Source of the DNA: Bdellovibrionota bacterium FG-1
GTDB lineage: Bacteria > Bdellovibrionota > UBA1018
DNA length: 64,000 nucleotides
Reading direction: 5' to 3'
Assembly (NCBI GenBank): GCA_051382295.1
Contig: JBBCAW010000005.1
Location: 1 to 64,000, forward strand
In this document: one piece after another, positions 49,777-59,890 of the stretch
How the letters are laid out: every line of letters begins with the position of its first letter
Numbering within the stretch: position 1 is the stretch's first letter
Notes under the pieces: model-generated
Told to the model about the DNA's origin: nothing
The model's input: only the letters and a program-made list of their open reading frames with translations
Database searches by the model: none
Position numbers and translations under genes: made by a program

Positions 49777-51081
49777 TCAAACCTGATAATATTTTTCCGA
49801 CCGCGGCCCCGTAATTTGATGCCGCTTCAGCATTTCAAAAAGGGTGCTTCGGGCAATCCCTAGGGCTTGCGCCGCTCGACCGCGATTTCCGCTCGTGAGT
49901 TTGAGGGCTCTTAAAAGCATAATGCGTTGCATTTCATCCAGTGAAACCACCGGAACTCCTAGTTCCAGTTCGGGTCGAGCGTGGATATGTTCAGGGGTGA
50001 GCAAAAACTCAAAGGCCTTCTCGTCGAGCATGGCGCTATTTGGGGAGGCGAGGCCGCAGGCCCTTTCGACTCCATGGCGGAGTTCTCGAACATTTCCGGG
50101 CCAGGCATGGGCTTGCAGTCGCAGTAGCGCCTGGGCGGAGATGCCCCGTTTGAACTCTTTGGCAAACCGACGGGCTAAAAGGGCGATGTCTTTCGGCCTG
50201 GTGCGCAGCGTAGGAATTTGAATCGTGATCGAGGCTAAGCGGTAGTAGAGATCGCGCCGAAACTTGCCCTGCTCAACGAGCTGGAGCAGGGGATGATGGG
50301 TGGCGCAGAGGAGGCGGACATCCGAATGAGAAATTCGATCAGAGCCGACCGGTCGAATTTCTCCGTCTTCGAGAAAGCGGAGGAGTTTGACTTGAATGTC
50401 CAACGGAAGATCGCCGACTTCGTCCAAAAACAGCGTGCCACCGTGGGCCTGGATCAGCGCGCCGGGGCGATGGTGAGAAGCTCCCGTAAAGGCCCCTTTG
50501 ACGTGGCCAAAAAGCTCGCTTTCGACCAGGGACATCGAGAGCGCCCCACAATGAAGAGGAATAAACGGGCCGGATGCGCGTCCACTCCACGCATGAATGA
50601 GATGGGCGAGAACCTCTTTGCCCGTGCCAGTTTCGCCCGCGAGGTAAATCGAAAGAGGCGTATGCGCCGCTTTTTTTGTCAGCCAAAGGGTTTGCGTTCC
50701 TTCGTCCGTGCAGGTCAGCCAAGGTCGAATATGGGTGGGTTGGTTGGGTTGGGAGCCTAGGTCGGTTTCCCTTTCTAAAGTCAGGCGGGTTTCCCCGACT
50801 CGAATGGGAAGGCCAGCGGGCAGCTGCGCTTCTCGCACAAAAAGATCACCTAATTGTAGAGGTTCCCCCCCTTCTGCGACGCGTAGCCAAAAAGGGGATT
50901 CTTCATTTGCCGCAAAAGCCTTTTGAGGGGGTGTCCAAAGGGTGGCGGCTTCTGCGGGGACTGTCGGGTCGCGCAGCGGGATCGTGGCGGTTTCGCCACG
51001 GCCTAAAATGGCTGATCCTCTCAGGGAGAGAAGACGGGTTTCGCCGGACGGGTCTTGAATTCTGAGTTTCCATTTCATCAT
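49777..51081 (-). CDS. Sigma54-dependent activator (degenerate FHA + AAA+ + Fis HTH)
   Basis: GETGTGKE, GAFTGA, LFLDEV, WPGNVREL, HTH. Confidence 0.93.
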   Translation of the reverse strand: MMKWKLRIQDPSGETRLLSLRGSAILGRGETATIPLRDPTVPAEAATLWTPPQKAFAANEESPFWLRVAEGGEPLQLGDLFVREAQLPAGLPIRVGETRLTLERETDLGSQPNQPTHIRPWLTCTDEGTQTLWLTKKAAHTPLSIYLAGETGTGKEVLAHLIHAWSGRASGPFIPLHCGALSMSLVESELFGHVKGAFTGASHHRPGALIQAHGGTLFLDEVGDLPLDIQVKLLRFLEDGEIRPVGSDRISHSDVRLLCATHHPLLQLVEQGKFRRDLYYRLASITIQIPTLRTRPKDIALLARRFAKEFKRGISAQALLRLQAHAWPGNVRELRHGVERACGLASPNSAMLDEKAFEFLLTPEHIHARPELELGVPVVSLDEMQRIMLLRALKLTSGNRGRAAQALGIARSTLFEMLKRHQITGPRSEKYYQV

Positions 51082-51179
51082 AGACTCGCCAAAAGCAACT
51101 TCTGTTCCATCCGCGTTTCATGGCTCGTTCTATTTGCCGGATACGGGGACAACACGGTATACTGGGCAAGAGACAACCC

Positions 51180-53408
51180 ATGCATGAATCCAAAAAAACT
51201 TATAAAACTCAAATAGGTGTGAGTCTTGATCGAGGGACTCGTTTTCTGGGCTTGGGGTTGATGCTGTGTTTTGCGGCCCTCTTAGCGCTTCAGTGGGGCA
51301 TCACTTCCAGATGGTTCATCTTTGCACTCGGGGTAGCGGGTTTGAACCTCTTGATCTTGGTTTTGTTACGACTTCCAAAGGCGTGGAGGGCCTCGCGTAA
51401 AATTTCAAAAGCCGCTCTTGAAAGTAAGGCCCTCGATCAAGCGCATGCGGGGCTTCGAAAGGGCGAATACTTCGGAATGGGTTTTGAAACGCCACTTTCG
51501 CGGGAGGAATTCAAGGCCGCCGCCAAAAAATGGGCGGGTCGGAGTTTTAAAAATTGGAAGGTCGCACGGGATACGGAGCAGGAAGTTCAGATGGTTTCAA
51601 CGGGGGGGGCGCTCAGTCACCTCGGGGTGTGGGTTGCTCATCTGGCCTTGATCGTGGCCCTGGTTGGCGTCCTATGGAGTAGTCTCTTTGGTTTTCAGGC
51701 CAGACTGATTGTCGCTGAAGACGGGCGCACCGATTACGCTCAGCCTTTGCGGGGGATTTTGCCTCAGGGGTGGAGTCGCTACCCTGCCGAGCAAAAGTCG
51801 TACGCACCGTATGCTAAAATGAACTTTGAAGTGGCGGGTACTGATTACGACCCGCTTGAACAGTCCACGACCCTCCGAATTTATGAAAAAGGCGCGCTGG
51901 TTTCAACAGTAGATGTTGATTCAGAGCGCCCGGGTGAATTCGGGGCCTGGAAGTTCTTTCAGGTGGGGTATGGCCCAGGGGGCCGTTCGAGCGTGGATTT
52001 GAGCGTGATCGATTCGGCGGATGGCGAAGAACGAAATTTCCCTAAAATCGGGCGGGGCGAGGGACTGGAGCTGGATTCCTATCGGTTCAAGGTTTTAGAT
52101 ATCCAACCCGAGAGCGAGTTCAATCGGCCGGCGATTGAGATCGAATTTCAACAAAATGATTCTTCTCCTGAGAAATTTTGGATTTTTAGTGATCATCGGG
52201 ATTACGATTTCATTCGTCGTAAACAAAGTCGGGCGCATTTTGTCCTTCATTCGGTTCGCCCGCTTCAGCAAAGCGAATTGATCATGAGCCGCGATCCTGG
52301 CGTGGCGCTCATTTGGGTGGGGTTAAGTTTGGCGGTCGTTCTTTTGGCTTGGGCAATGATGGCCTCGCCCTCGCGCAAGTCTTGGCTGGCTTGGCGGCCC
52401 GGGATGGTTACATGGGTAGGATGGAGTGATCAGCCGTTCTTGTTTGAACCTCGCTTTGAAGCACAATCGAAAAGTCTCAAAAGAAACCTGATCGCGTCAC
52501 CCGTACGGCGGCGTAGTTTTTGGAAATGGCTTTTGGGGGGCCTTTTTTTTGGATTTTCGGTGTGGGGGACGATGGCGTACGGCCCTCGGCTTTGGCGACT
52601 TTATGAAACCCGGACGTGGGTTTACCCTCATCTGAACGTAGTCTTAGCGTTTGCGCATCGGTATGTGGGGCGATTGACCTTCTTGCCCGTGGCTCTTGCG
52701 ATGGCTCTGGCTGGCATTTATGCCTTTCGCGCTGGACTCCAAAGTCGAGCTTATCGCCTGGGCCTGCTCGGCTCCTTGGGTTTTCTGGGGGTGGTTTTGG
52801 TTCTCAGGCCATCGGATTTGGGCTGGGCCGGAGGCGTGGTCCTGATTCTGGCTTTGGGCGCGGGGGGTTTGGCCCAAGGGTTGGAGGTTTGGGAAGCTCA
52901 GTGGGCGACGCAAGCGGAGGCTCAGTTAAAAGCCCAGGCGAAGCGCCGTTTTAAGCTCTTTCCGCCAGCACCGCTTCGGTTTTCAGTAGGGATGAGCGTC
53001 ATCTCGCAGGTTTTGTGGGGCATGCTCTGGGGGGGGTTAGGGCTGGCAAAGATATCCATCTTTTCAAGCGTGGCGGTGTTGGGCCTGCTGGCTTGGTTGG
53101 CGTTTGGGGTCGCATTTTTTAGGCCCGCACTTTTTGAGGCGCGCTTGCCCTCTTTGGATCGTCTCGCTCGATGGGGTTATCGCGGGGTATTTTTGGGTTT
53201 TTGTTTTTGGACCGCTCATTTGCTTTTAACCTCGTATTTGTCCCAAAGGGCTACGGGTTTAGCCTGGGTTGAGAGTAGGCCAAACGTTTGGGGGCTCGCG
53301 GCTTGGCTGGTTTTGGGTGTTGCTCTGCACTTCCCAAAGTGGGACAAGGGGAGCGTTCTTTTGCCGATTTTGGCAATTGCGGCAATGTGGGTGAGCTATG
53401 GCGGGTGA
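51180..53408 (+). CDS. Divergent ResB/CcsB-CcsA-like cytochrome c biogenesis fusion
   Basis: SHLGVWVAH, FFQVGY, SRDPG (ResB); LPSLDRLAR..YR..LGF and ALH (CcsA-like). Confidence 0.6.
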   Translation: MHESKKTYKTQIGVSLDRGTRFLGLGLMLCFAALLALQWGITSRWFIFALGVAGLNLLILVLLRLPKAWRASRKISKAALESKALDQAHAGLRKGEYFGMGFETPLSREEFKAAAKKWAGRSFKNWKVARDTEQEVQMVSTGGALSHLGVWVAHLALIVALVGVLWSSLFGFQARLIVAEDGRTDYAQPLRGILPQGWSRYPAEQKSYAPYAKMNFEVAGTDYDPLEQSTTLRIYEKGALVSTVDVDSERPGEFGAWKFFQVGYGPGGRSSVDLSVIDSADGEERNFPKIGRGEGLELDSYRFKVLDIQPESEFNRPAIEIEFQQNDSSPEKFWIFSDHRDYDFIRRKQSRAHFVLHSVRPLQQSELIMSRDPGVALIWVGLSLAVVLLAWAMMASPSRKSWLAWRPGMVTWVGWSDQPFLFEPRFEAQSKSLKRNLIASPVRRRSFWKWLLGGLFFGFSVWGTMAYGPRLWRLYETRTWVYPHLNVVLAFAHRYVGRLTFLPVALAMALAGIYAFRAGLQSRAYRLGLLGSLGFLGVVLVLRPSDLGWAGGVVLILALGAGGLAQGLEVWEAQWATQAEAQLKAQAKRRFKLFPPAPLRFSVGMSVISQVLWGMLWGGLGLAKISIFSSVAVLGLLAWLAFGVAFFRPALFEARLPSLDRLARWGYRGVFLGFCFWTAHLLLTSYLSQRATGLAWVESRPNVWGLAAWLVLGVALHFPKWDKGSVLLPILAIAAMWVSYGG

Positions 53409-54015
53409 GTTTGTTGCAACTTTAGGAGATGCCTCTCAAATCGATCAAATCATCAAAGGCGCCTTTGTGAAAGGTCGGCGCGAGCCTCGGATTGCCATGG
53501 TGGGGCGGTCGAATGTGGGTAAAAGCTCGCTGATTAATGCGTTGATGGGTGGAAAGCTCGCGAGAGTGAGTAATGATCCTGGAAAAACCCGGCAAATTCA
53601 TTTTTATTTTTGGAAAGAGGTCGGAAAGGTGATTGCTGATCTTCCGGGGTATGGTTACGCGCGCGCGGGCCATGAGGAGCGGGATCGTTGGGCGAAGTTT
53701 ATTCAACAGTATTTTCGCGCGGATGAAGGCCTAGAACGAGCCATTGTGTTATTGGATTCGCGGAATGGCCCGACGGATTTGGATCGCGATGCGATTCGAT
53801 TTCTCAGTTCAGAAAGTATTTCAGTTCAGTTTGTGTTTACCAAAGTGGATCAACTCAAAACTCAGTCTGAGCGCGCCGCTCGTCGCAAGGAAGGTTCCGC
53901 TGAGTTGTTGAAGTTGGGACATGATCCGAGTTTAGCGCTTTGGGTTTCGAGCAAGGAAGGAACGGGTTTGAAGAATTTGGAGCGAGAACTGGCGCAAGGC
54001 AGGGTTCCTGTGTGA
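53398..54015 (+). CDS. engB: Ribosome biogenesis GTPase YihA/EngB
   Basis: GRSNVGKSS, PGKTR, DLPGYG, TKVD. Confidence 0.95.
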   Translation: MAGEFVATLGDASQIDQIIKGAFVKGRREPRIAMVGRSNVGKSSLINALMGGKLARVSNDPGKTRQIHFYFWKEVGKVIADLPGYGYARAGHEERDRWAKFIQQYFRADEGLERAIVLLDSRNGPTDLDRDAIRFLSSESISVQFVFTKVDQLKTQSERAARRKEGSAELLKLGHDPSLALWVSSKEGTGLKNLERELAQGRVPV

Positions 54016-55043
54016 AACCCTGGTTTCCTCGCATCGGCATCGTTGCGCCTTCTTCGAAGGTTCCTGAAATCGAGTTTTCACTCGGGGTCGATAAAATTCG
54101 GGCCGCGGGATTTGAAGTTCAAGTTCATCCCCAGGTGTTTGAAGGTCATTTGTTTTTTGCCGGAACGGACGCGCAGCGCGCCGAGGCTTTCTTCGAATAT
54201 GCCATACTTTCTTCAGTGGATGTTCTTTGGGCCGCGCGGGGCGGTTATGGGGCCATTCGGTTGTTACCCCTGCTCGAGAAAATGACCCAAAAAAGGGGCA
54301 TTCCCCCTAAGAAATTGCTGGTCGGATTTTCGGATTCTACCGCCTTATTGGAATTTGTGCGAACCCGGTGGAAGTGGTCGACGCTTCACGCGTCGATGCC
54401 CGGACTTCGAAAGTTTTGTGCCTTGCCTCCGCACGAATGGCAAACCTTGCTTCAGTGGATTCGACGGAAATCGGTCGCCCACCCCTTCGGGCGGGGTACG
54501 CGGTTAGAGTTTTTGGGTTCAGCGCCCCGCCAGGCGATTTCGGGTGTAGTGGTTGGAGGAAATCTGACCGTCTGGACCTCGCTCATTGGAACCCCTTATG
54601 CGGGCAACGCTCGAGGAAAAATCGTTTTTTTTGAGGACGTCGATGAGAACCTTTACCGGATTGACCGCATGGTTCAGCAATTGATTCATTCGGGGGCACT
54701 CAAGGGCGCGCGCGCCGTGGTTTTGGGAAATTTCATGGGCTGTCGAGACACCGTGCCTTCGGTTTTGGTTCGGCGCCCAGCGGCGCAGGATCTGGAGCGG
54801 ATGATTCATTCTCCCCAGGAGTCGGAGCTTGGGCCTCTGCGGCCCTCCCTTGAGCCCTCACGTGGAATTGAAGCGATTTTTTCAGAAATTACGAAAGCCT
54901 ATGGCATTCCCATCGCCCGAGGTTTGCCCGTGGGGCATGGCCCCGAAAAGGTTCCCCTCCCGCTTGGGGCCACGTTCAAGCTCAGTCCACGTGGCGCGCT
55001 GGCGTTGATGAAATGGGATTGGTTGCAAATGAAAAAAATGTGA
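54012..55043 (+). CDS. LD-carboxypeptidase (S66)
   Basis: RGGYGA, GFSDST, GGNL, EDVDE, VGH. Confidence 0.92.
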   Translation: MKPWFPRIGIVAPSSKVPEIEFSLGVDKIRAAGFEVQVHPQVFEGHLFFAGTDAQRAEAFFEYAILSSVDVLWAARGGYGAIRLLPLLEKMTQKRGIPPKKLLVGFSDSTALLEFVRTRWKWSTLHASMPGLRKFCALPPHEWQTLLQWIRRKSVAHPFGRGTRLEFLGSAPRQAISGVVVGGNLTVWTSLIGTPYAGNARGKIVFFEDVDENLYRIDRMVQQLIHSGALKGARAVVLGNFMGCRDTVPSVLVRRPAAQDLERMIHSPQESELGPLRPSLEPSRGIEAIFSEITKAYGIPIARGLPVGHGPEKVPLPLGATFKLSPRGALALMKWDWLQMKKM

Positions 55044-55128
55044 TTTCTTCATTTGTCTTTGAACGTTCCCGTGCTACTAAGCCGATGAAGTTTTGATATG
55101 GTCTAGTCACATAGGACACGAGGGCAGC

Positions 55129-55830
55129 ATGGATCAGGATCGTAGGATTCGAGAGCAGTTTGTGTCGACGTTGACGCACGATCTGCGCAATCCCCTGACC
55201 TCAGCTAAGATGGCGATTCAGTTGTTAGGTCGTCAGATGGATGTATCGCCTCCGAAGGCGCTCCATCAGGCGCGCCTCATTAACCAAGCGATTTCAAGCA
55301 TTGATCGCGCGGATCGGATGATTCAGGATCTTTTAGACGCTAGTCGCCTTCGCGAGGGCGAAAGTCTTCCGATTCAGGTGGTCCCTTGTGTCTTGAAAAC
55401 CGTCATGACCGAAACGATCGAGGATTTATCCCTGATCTATGGCAATCGGTTTGTGCTCGAGTCAGACGGCGATTTAGCCGGGTATTGGTGTTGCGATGGG
55501 TTAAAGCGAGTGATCGACAACCTGATCTGTAATGCGATCAAATATGGTAAATCGGATGGGAAAATTACTTTGCGGCTCAAGGATCAGGGGGCGAGGGTTT
55601 TGATATCAGTGCATAACGAAGGAGAAGCCCTTTCTTCGGATGAGCGGGAGCGCATTTTTGAGCCATTTTATAGGACGCATTCGGCACAAAATGGCGGAAA
55701 AAATGGCTGGGGCTTGGGCCTAACCCTGGTGCGCGGGATGGTGCAAGCCCATGGTGGGACGGTTCATGTTGTGAGCCAGGTGGGGGATGGTACGACATTT
55801 ACTTTGGATCTTCCGAAAGATTGCCGGTAA
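55129..55830 (+). CDS. Sensor-less histidine kinase (HisKA + HATPase)
   Basis: THDLRNPL, NAIKY, GWGLGL. Confidence 0.85.
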   Translation: MDQDRRIREQFVSTLTHDLRNPLTSAKMAIQLLGRQMDVSPPKALHQARLINQAISSIDRADRMIQDLLDASRLREGESLPIQVVPCVLKTVMTETIEDLSLIYGNRFVLESDGDLAGYWCCDGLKRVIDNLICNAIKYGKSDGKITLRLKDQGARVLISVHNEGEALSSDERERIFEPFYRTHSAQNGGKNGWGLGLTLVRGMVQAHGGTVHVVSQVGDGTTFTLDLPKDCR

Positions 55831-55850
55831 ACTGCTCCTTGAGGTGACCG

Positions 55851-56213
55851 ATGGACGAAGGGGCAGAGTGGATTCACTTAGGGGCAGCGGAACATTCAGA
55901 GGCCAAACGCCTCAAAAGTGCGCTTGAGGATCTCGGGGTGGAACTTCAAATCCTGAGCGATCCTGAGAGTTGTAGCACAGGGGGTTGCAAGCCCAAGCTT
56001 GAGATCATGGTTCGCAAGCGGGATCTAGAAAAGGTAAAGTCCTTTTTTGAGCGTGAGCGGCTCAGGGATTTGGGAGAATTAGAGCATGATCAAGCGCTCG
56101 CCGATGTGGTTTTTGATCCGGAGCAAGAAAACGCTCATTGTCCCGCATGTGGAACGGAGTTTTCGACGAAGTTGACGGAGTGCCCTGACTGCGGGCTTTG
56201 TTTCGGTGGATAA
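55851..56213 (+). CDS. Hypothetical protein with C-terminal zinc ribbon
   Basis: CPACG..CPDCG. Confidence 0.7.
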   Translation: MDEGAEWIHLGAAEHSEAKRLKSALEDLGVELQILSDPESCSTGGCKPKLEIMVRKRDLEKVKSFFERERLRDLGELEHDQALADVVFDPEQENAHCPACGTEFSTKLTECPDCGLCFGG

Positions 56214-56694
56214 ACGGAAAATTTTAGAACTGATGATTGCGCGCATCCAGGCGGAGCTAGAGGGGGTGTTTCAGGCGGCGCGTGCGGCGCATGAAGCCGC
56301 AACCCATGACGAAGCCAAGCCCGAGAATCAATATGACACTCGGGGTTTAGAGGCTTCTTATCTGGCTGGGGCTCAAACCCAAAGGGCGGCTGAGTTACAG
56401 GCACATTTAGCGGCTTTTCGGACGTTGGAGTTACCCGAGAGGGGGGCTAAAGACCCTATTGAACTCGGAGCGCTCGTTGAACTTGAACTCGCAGGAACCC
56501 TTGCACGGCGCAGTTTTTATTTCATGGTCCCTCGGGGGGGCGGCACCTCCGTGACTTTTGAAGGGCGTTCAATCCTGGCTCTTGTGCCGAGCTCGCCGAT
56601 GGGTGAGGCGTTACTGGGTCGTAAGTCGGGTGAAGACATTGAAGTCGAAATTCAAGGGGGCACGCGAGCCTATCATATCGTGAGGGTGGGGTAA
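56206..56694 (+). CDS. GreA/GreB-family protein
   Basis: ENQYDTRGLEASYLA, SPMGEALLG. Confidence 0.85.
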   Translation: MDKRKILELMIARIQAELEGVFQAARAAHEAATHDEAKPENQYDTRGLEASYLAGAQTQRAAELQAHLAAFRTLELPERGAKDPIELGALVELELAGTLARRSFYFMVPRGGGTSVTFEGRSILALVPSSPMGEALLGRKSGEDIEVEIQGGTRAYHIVRVG

Positions 56695-56697
56695 GGC

Positions 56698-57402
56698 ATG
56701 AAACCTGAATTTTCGCGCATGGAAGTAGCCGGCACTCTGATCAGCGATTATGTGTTTCACAAACCTCAAGGTGCGCCCAAGCAGGTGATTTTTTTGCTGC
56801 ACGGTTATCAGCAAACGGGCGCCTATTTGTTTAAAAAGTTAGAGGCGTCCTTTCCGGAAAACGCCCTGGTGATTTCTCCGAATGGACCTTTTCCTGTTCC
56901 CACCCTGAAGAAAGACGGGAGCCGTCGCATCGGATTTTCGTGGTATTTTTACGACTTTTCAACCGACTCCTATTTTATCGATATGAAGGTTTCAATCGAG
57001 CTGATCGAAGGGTTCGTGCAGCGTCTCGGGCTGGTGGACCTTCCTAAGCGCATCGTGGGTTTTTCACAGGGGGGGTACCTCGCACCGTTTGTGGCCGCGC
57101 GACTCCAGAATGTCCGGCAAGTGGTGGGAGTGGCCGCCGAATTTTTGGGGCAGGAACTTCGGGAGTCGATCGAGTTGCGAGAGCCGGGAGCGGCGTGGCC
57201 GCCCGCTTTTCGAGTGGATGCGATTCATGGTGAGCAGGATGACGTGGTTAAGCCGGGGCGTTCTCGGCAGCTTCACGCGGAGGCCCTGGAGCAAGGAATT
57301 CAGGGCGAGTGGGTGGGCTTGCCCGGGGTGGGGCATAAGATCACGACACACGTCAATCAGGTGTTGGGTGAGATGTTGACGCGGGACTCAACCAAAAGGT
57401 AG
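56698..57402 (+). CDS. Alpha/beta hydrolase (carboxylesterase/phospholipase-like)
   Basis: LHGY, GFSQG, HGEQDDVV, GH. Confidence 0.85.
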   Translation: MKPEFSRMEVAGTLISDYVFHKPQGAPKQVIFLLHGYQQTGAYLFKKLEASFPENALVISPNGPFPVPTLKKDGSRRIGFSWYFYDFSTDSYFIDMKVSIELIEGFVQRLGLVDLPKRIVGFSQGGYLAPFVAARLQNVRQVVGVAAEFLGQELRESIELREPGAAWPPAFRVDAIHGEQDDVVKPGRSRQLHAEALEQGIQGEWVGLPGVGHKITTHVNQVLGEMLTRDSTKR

Positions 57403-57435
57403 GGACTACTTTTTGGTTGAAACCGGAAAGCTCAG

Positions 57436-57508
57436 TGGAGACGCACGGGATCGAACCGAGGACCTCATCCATGCCATGGATGCGCTCTACCAACTGAGCT
57501 ACATCCCC
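57436..57508 (-). tRNA. tRNA-Ala (GGC anticodon), CCA not encoded
   Basis: GGGGATGTAGCTCAGTTGGTAGAGCGCATCCATGGCATGGATGAGG...GGTTCGATCCC...CTCCA. Confidence 0.93.
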
Positions 57509-57518
57509 ACTCAACTTT

Positions 57519-57596
57519 CCGATTTCCTAGGCCGATTTCCTAGGCCGATTTCCTAGGCCGATTTCCTAGGCCGATTTCCTAGGCCGATTTCCTAAG
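57519..57596. repeat. 13-bp tandem repeat x6 (VNTR)
   Basis: CCGATTTCCTAGG x5 plus CCGATTTCCTAAG. Confidence 0.95.
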
Positions 57597-57676
57597 TCAA
57601 TACGATAGGTTGTCGTTTTTTACTTGGGTCCACTGAAAAATGCAACCCAAAATCAAAGATTGAGGCAAAAAAGTTA

Positions 57677-59062
57677 CTACTGCGGTGTGCTGTCTTGAGT
57701 CATTCGGCGGCCCACAAAATAATAGCGATAGGTCACGCGGTCAAAGATGTTGAGGGTTTTGTCCTCGGCCACTGAGGCGGGGCCTCTCGTTTTGTTCGCA
57801 AAAATCACGGCGTTGACCCCAGTTTTGGGTGCGGTGCCTTTCTTGGCGTTGGGATTGAGTTGCTCCATCATTCCGGCGAGCATTTGTTGCATATCTCCCA
57901 TGCTGTTGTCGGCGCCCCCGCCTTCACTCCCGCCGCCTCCGTTATGGCCATACGTCGAACTTGGCATGCTCATATCGGCGACCTGGCTTTCGAGATCCGA
58001 AATCGCCGTCGCGAGTTTTCCGGCTTGAGCGGCATTCATTCCGTTGGTTGACGCTCCGGCCATCATCGGGCCGGGGGGGCCGTCTTTGGTGAGGTAGTCC
58101 CCTAGGTTTTGTCCGGAGTCTTTTTTGAATTCGCTGTTAAACTTGGGGCTGCTCACAAACCCCGGAAGAGTGCTGTCGCTGGCAATGGCGCATTGGAGGA
58201 TGGTGCCACCGGTTGGGTTGTTACGAGCGGACGCGCAGGTGGCTTGGCGGGTGGTAGCGAGGTTAGGGTCTGAGGGATTAGAGGGATTGCCGGTGTCTCC
58301 ACCGGTACCGCCGCCGGAACCATTGGCGGCTTGGCCCTGGGGATTATAGCCATTGGCGGCCCCATTATTGGCGAGCACATTGCTGTCGGCGACTTTTTTG
58401 GCGGAGTCTAAGTTGGTTTGCATGGAGTCGTCGTCGTTTTTCATGGAGCGGTATTTCATAAAGACTTGAAGCCCGGCCATCGCGGCGTTGATGCAGGCGC
58501 CGATGTCTTTGTCTTTTTTGACTTCCTTGGTTTCTTTTGTGGCCTTTTCGCCTTCTTTTGCGCCTTCTTTGGCTTCTTTCGCTTCGTTGGTCTGATCATT
58601 GCCTTTATTCATTTGTTGGTTGATCATAAAACCTGCGCCGACGCCGCCCACGGCCATGATCGCGCTGGTAAAGTTTTTAGTCACGAGTGCGTCTGTCACG
58701 CCGCCCGCGACCGTGGCGCCCATGCAGATGTATTCGCTCGTGGGTCCGCCCGCAAACGAAGCCACGCAACCGTAGGTACACACGACGCCTACCGCGGACC
58801 AGACTTTCCACATCGCACTATTGGCGTGCGAACCTTCTTGCGCGGTCTTGGCGGCTTGGCAATATTGGAGTTTTTGCTGTTGCGAACCGAGCGCAGGATT
58901 GGCGGCGTTAGCGCCGCTTTGGATCTGGTCGGCTTGAGATAAGGTTTTGCCACAGACGGCATCGAGTTCGCCATCAATGGCGCTATCTGCGCGCGCGGTG
59001 TGAGGTGGCGGTAACGCCAAGAGAGAAAGGCTGAGTGCGAGAGCGAGAGTGCGAACAGCCAA
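57677..59062 (-). CDS. Secreted Gly-rich hypothetical protein
   Basis: Signal peptide ARA, hydrophobic hairpin, C-terminal LNIFDRVTYRY. Confidence 0.75.
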   Translation of the reverse strand: MAVRTLALALSLSLLALPPPHTARADSAIDGELDAVCGKTLSQADQIQSGANAANPALGSQQQKLQYCQAAKTAQEGSHANSAMWKVWSAVGVVCTYGCVASFAGGPTSEYICMGATVAGGVTDALVTKNFTSAIMAVGGVGAGFMINQQMNKGNDQTNEAKEAKEGAKEGEKATKETKEVKKDKDIGACINAAMAGLQVFMKYRSMKNDDDSMQTNLDSAKKVADSNVLANNGAANGYNPQGQAANGSGGGTGGDTGNPSNPSDPNLATTRQATCASARNNPTGGTILQCAIASDSTLPGFVSSPKFNSEFKKDSGQNLGDYLTKDGPPGPMMAGASTNGMNAAQAGKLATAISDLESQVADMSMPSSTYGHNGGGGSEGGGADNSMGDMQQMLAGMMEQLNPNAKKGTAPKTGVNAVIFANKTRGPASVAEDKTLNIFDRVTYRYYFVGRRMTQDSTPQ

Positions 59063-59449
59063 AAATGAACCCCCTTAAAATCGATGTCTCCTATTATTGT
59101 GAAGGGGATGATTACCTGAGTCAATCAGTTATAATCTGGTCTCTCATTCTCGGTTTATTATGGTGTAACTCGTTGGAATGATAAAGTAAAACAGTGTTTC
59201 CGCTGAAAATTTGGGCAGGTATTTGGTATTGTTGGTTAATTTCCATGAGTTCACGTGAAAAAAACCCGAGGCAAGGGGACCTTGTTTTCACGGCAGTGAG
59301 TTGCATTAACTGCCTTTCTGCGGCAGTAAATCAAATCGGCTCGAAGAATGAGCGCCCCAATCGGGGCTGAGTATGATTTTTGCGTATGCAATATATGGAT
59401 TGGCTCGCGTGAATGCCAGAAACGATGGTCGCAAACGACAACGAGAGAG

Positions 59450-59890
59450 TTAAGCCGCCATTCGCTTTTGAGAACCCAGGTGCCAGTCTACGATTAGTTT
59501 TTCTGGAGTCTTGGAACTTTCCGAAAGGTCAGAAAATTTGATGGGAATGATCAAAGCCAACGCCTCAGCGACGAAACCACGAATTGCATACTCGTTGATC
59601 TGAGAAAGGCGCTTCTTCTTTTCACGCTCCCATCGCAGGATGGTGCCACTGGTAAGTCCAAGTTTTCCGGCAAATTTTTCCATAGAAAGATCTAAGGTCT
59701 TTCTTAAGAATTCCACCTCCTGGCCGCGAAGCGGTACATGCTGGTTTAAAATTTCGGCAGCGATCAGGCGCTCGACTTCCCCTAACTTTGCAGTGACAAT
59801 CGCTCCTAGTTCCTTGCTGGTTCTTACCGGGAGATTCTTAACCTCAACATATTCTAGGCCACCATACTGTTTAAAGTTCGTCGTTTTCAT
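59450..59890 (-). CDS. MqsA/HigA-like HTH antitoxin
   Basis: VEVKNLP N-terminus; FLRKTLDLSMEKFAGKLG..TILRWE HTH. Confidence 0.8.
   Translation of the reverse strand: MKTTNFKQYGGLEYVEVKNLPVRTSKELGAIVTAKLGEVERLIAAEILNQHVPLRGQEVEFLRKTLDLSMEKFAGKLGLTSGTILRWEREKKKRLSQINEYAIRGFVAEALALIIPIKFSDLSESSKTPEKLIVDWHLGSQKRMAA

Noticed and set aside
57519..57596. CRISPR array
   Set aside because: Contiguous 13-bp units with no spacers and no cas genes
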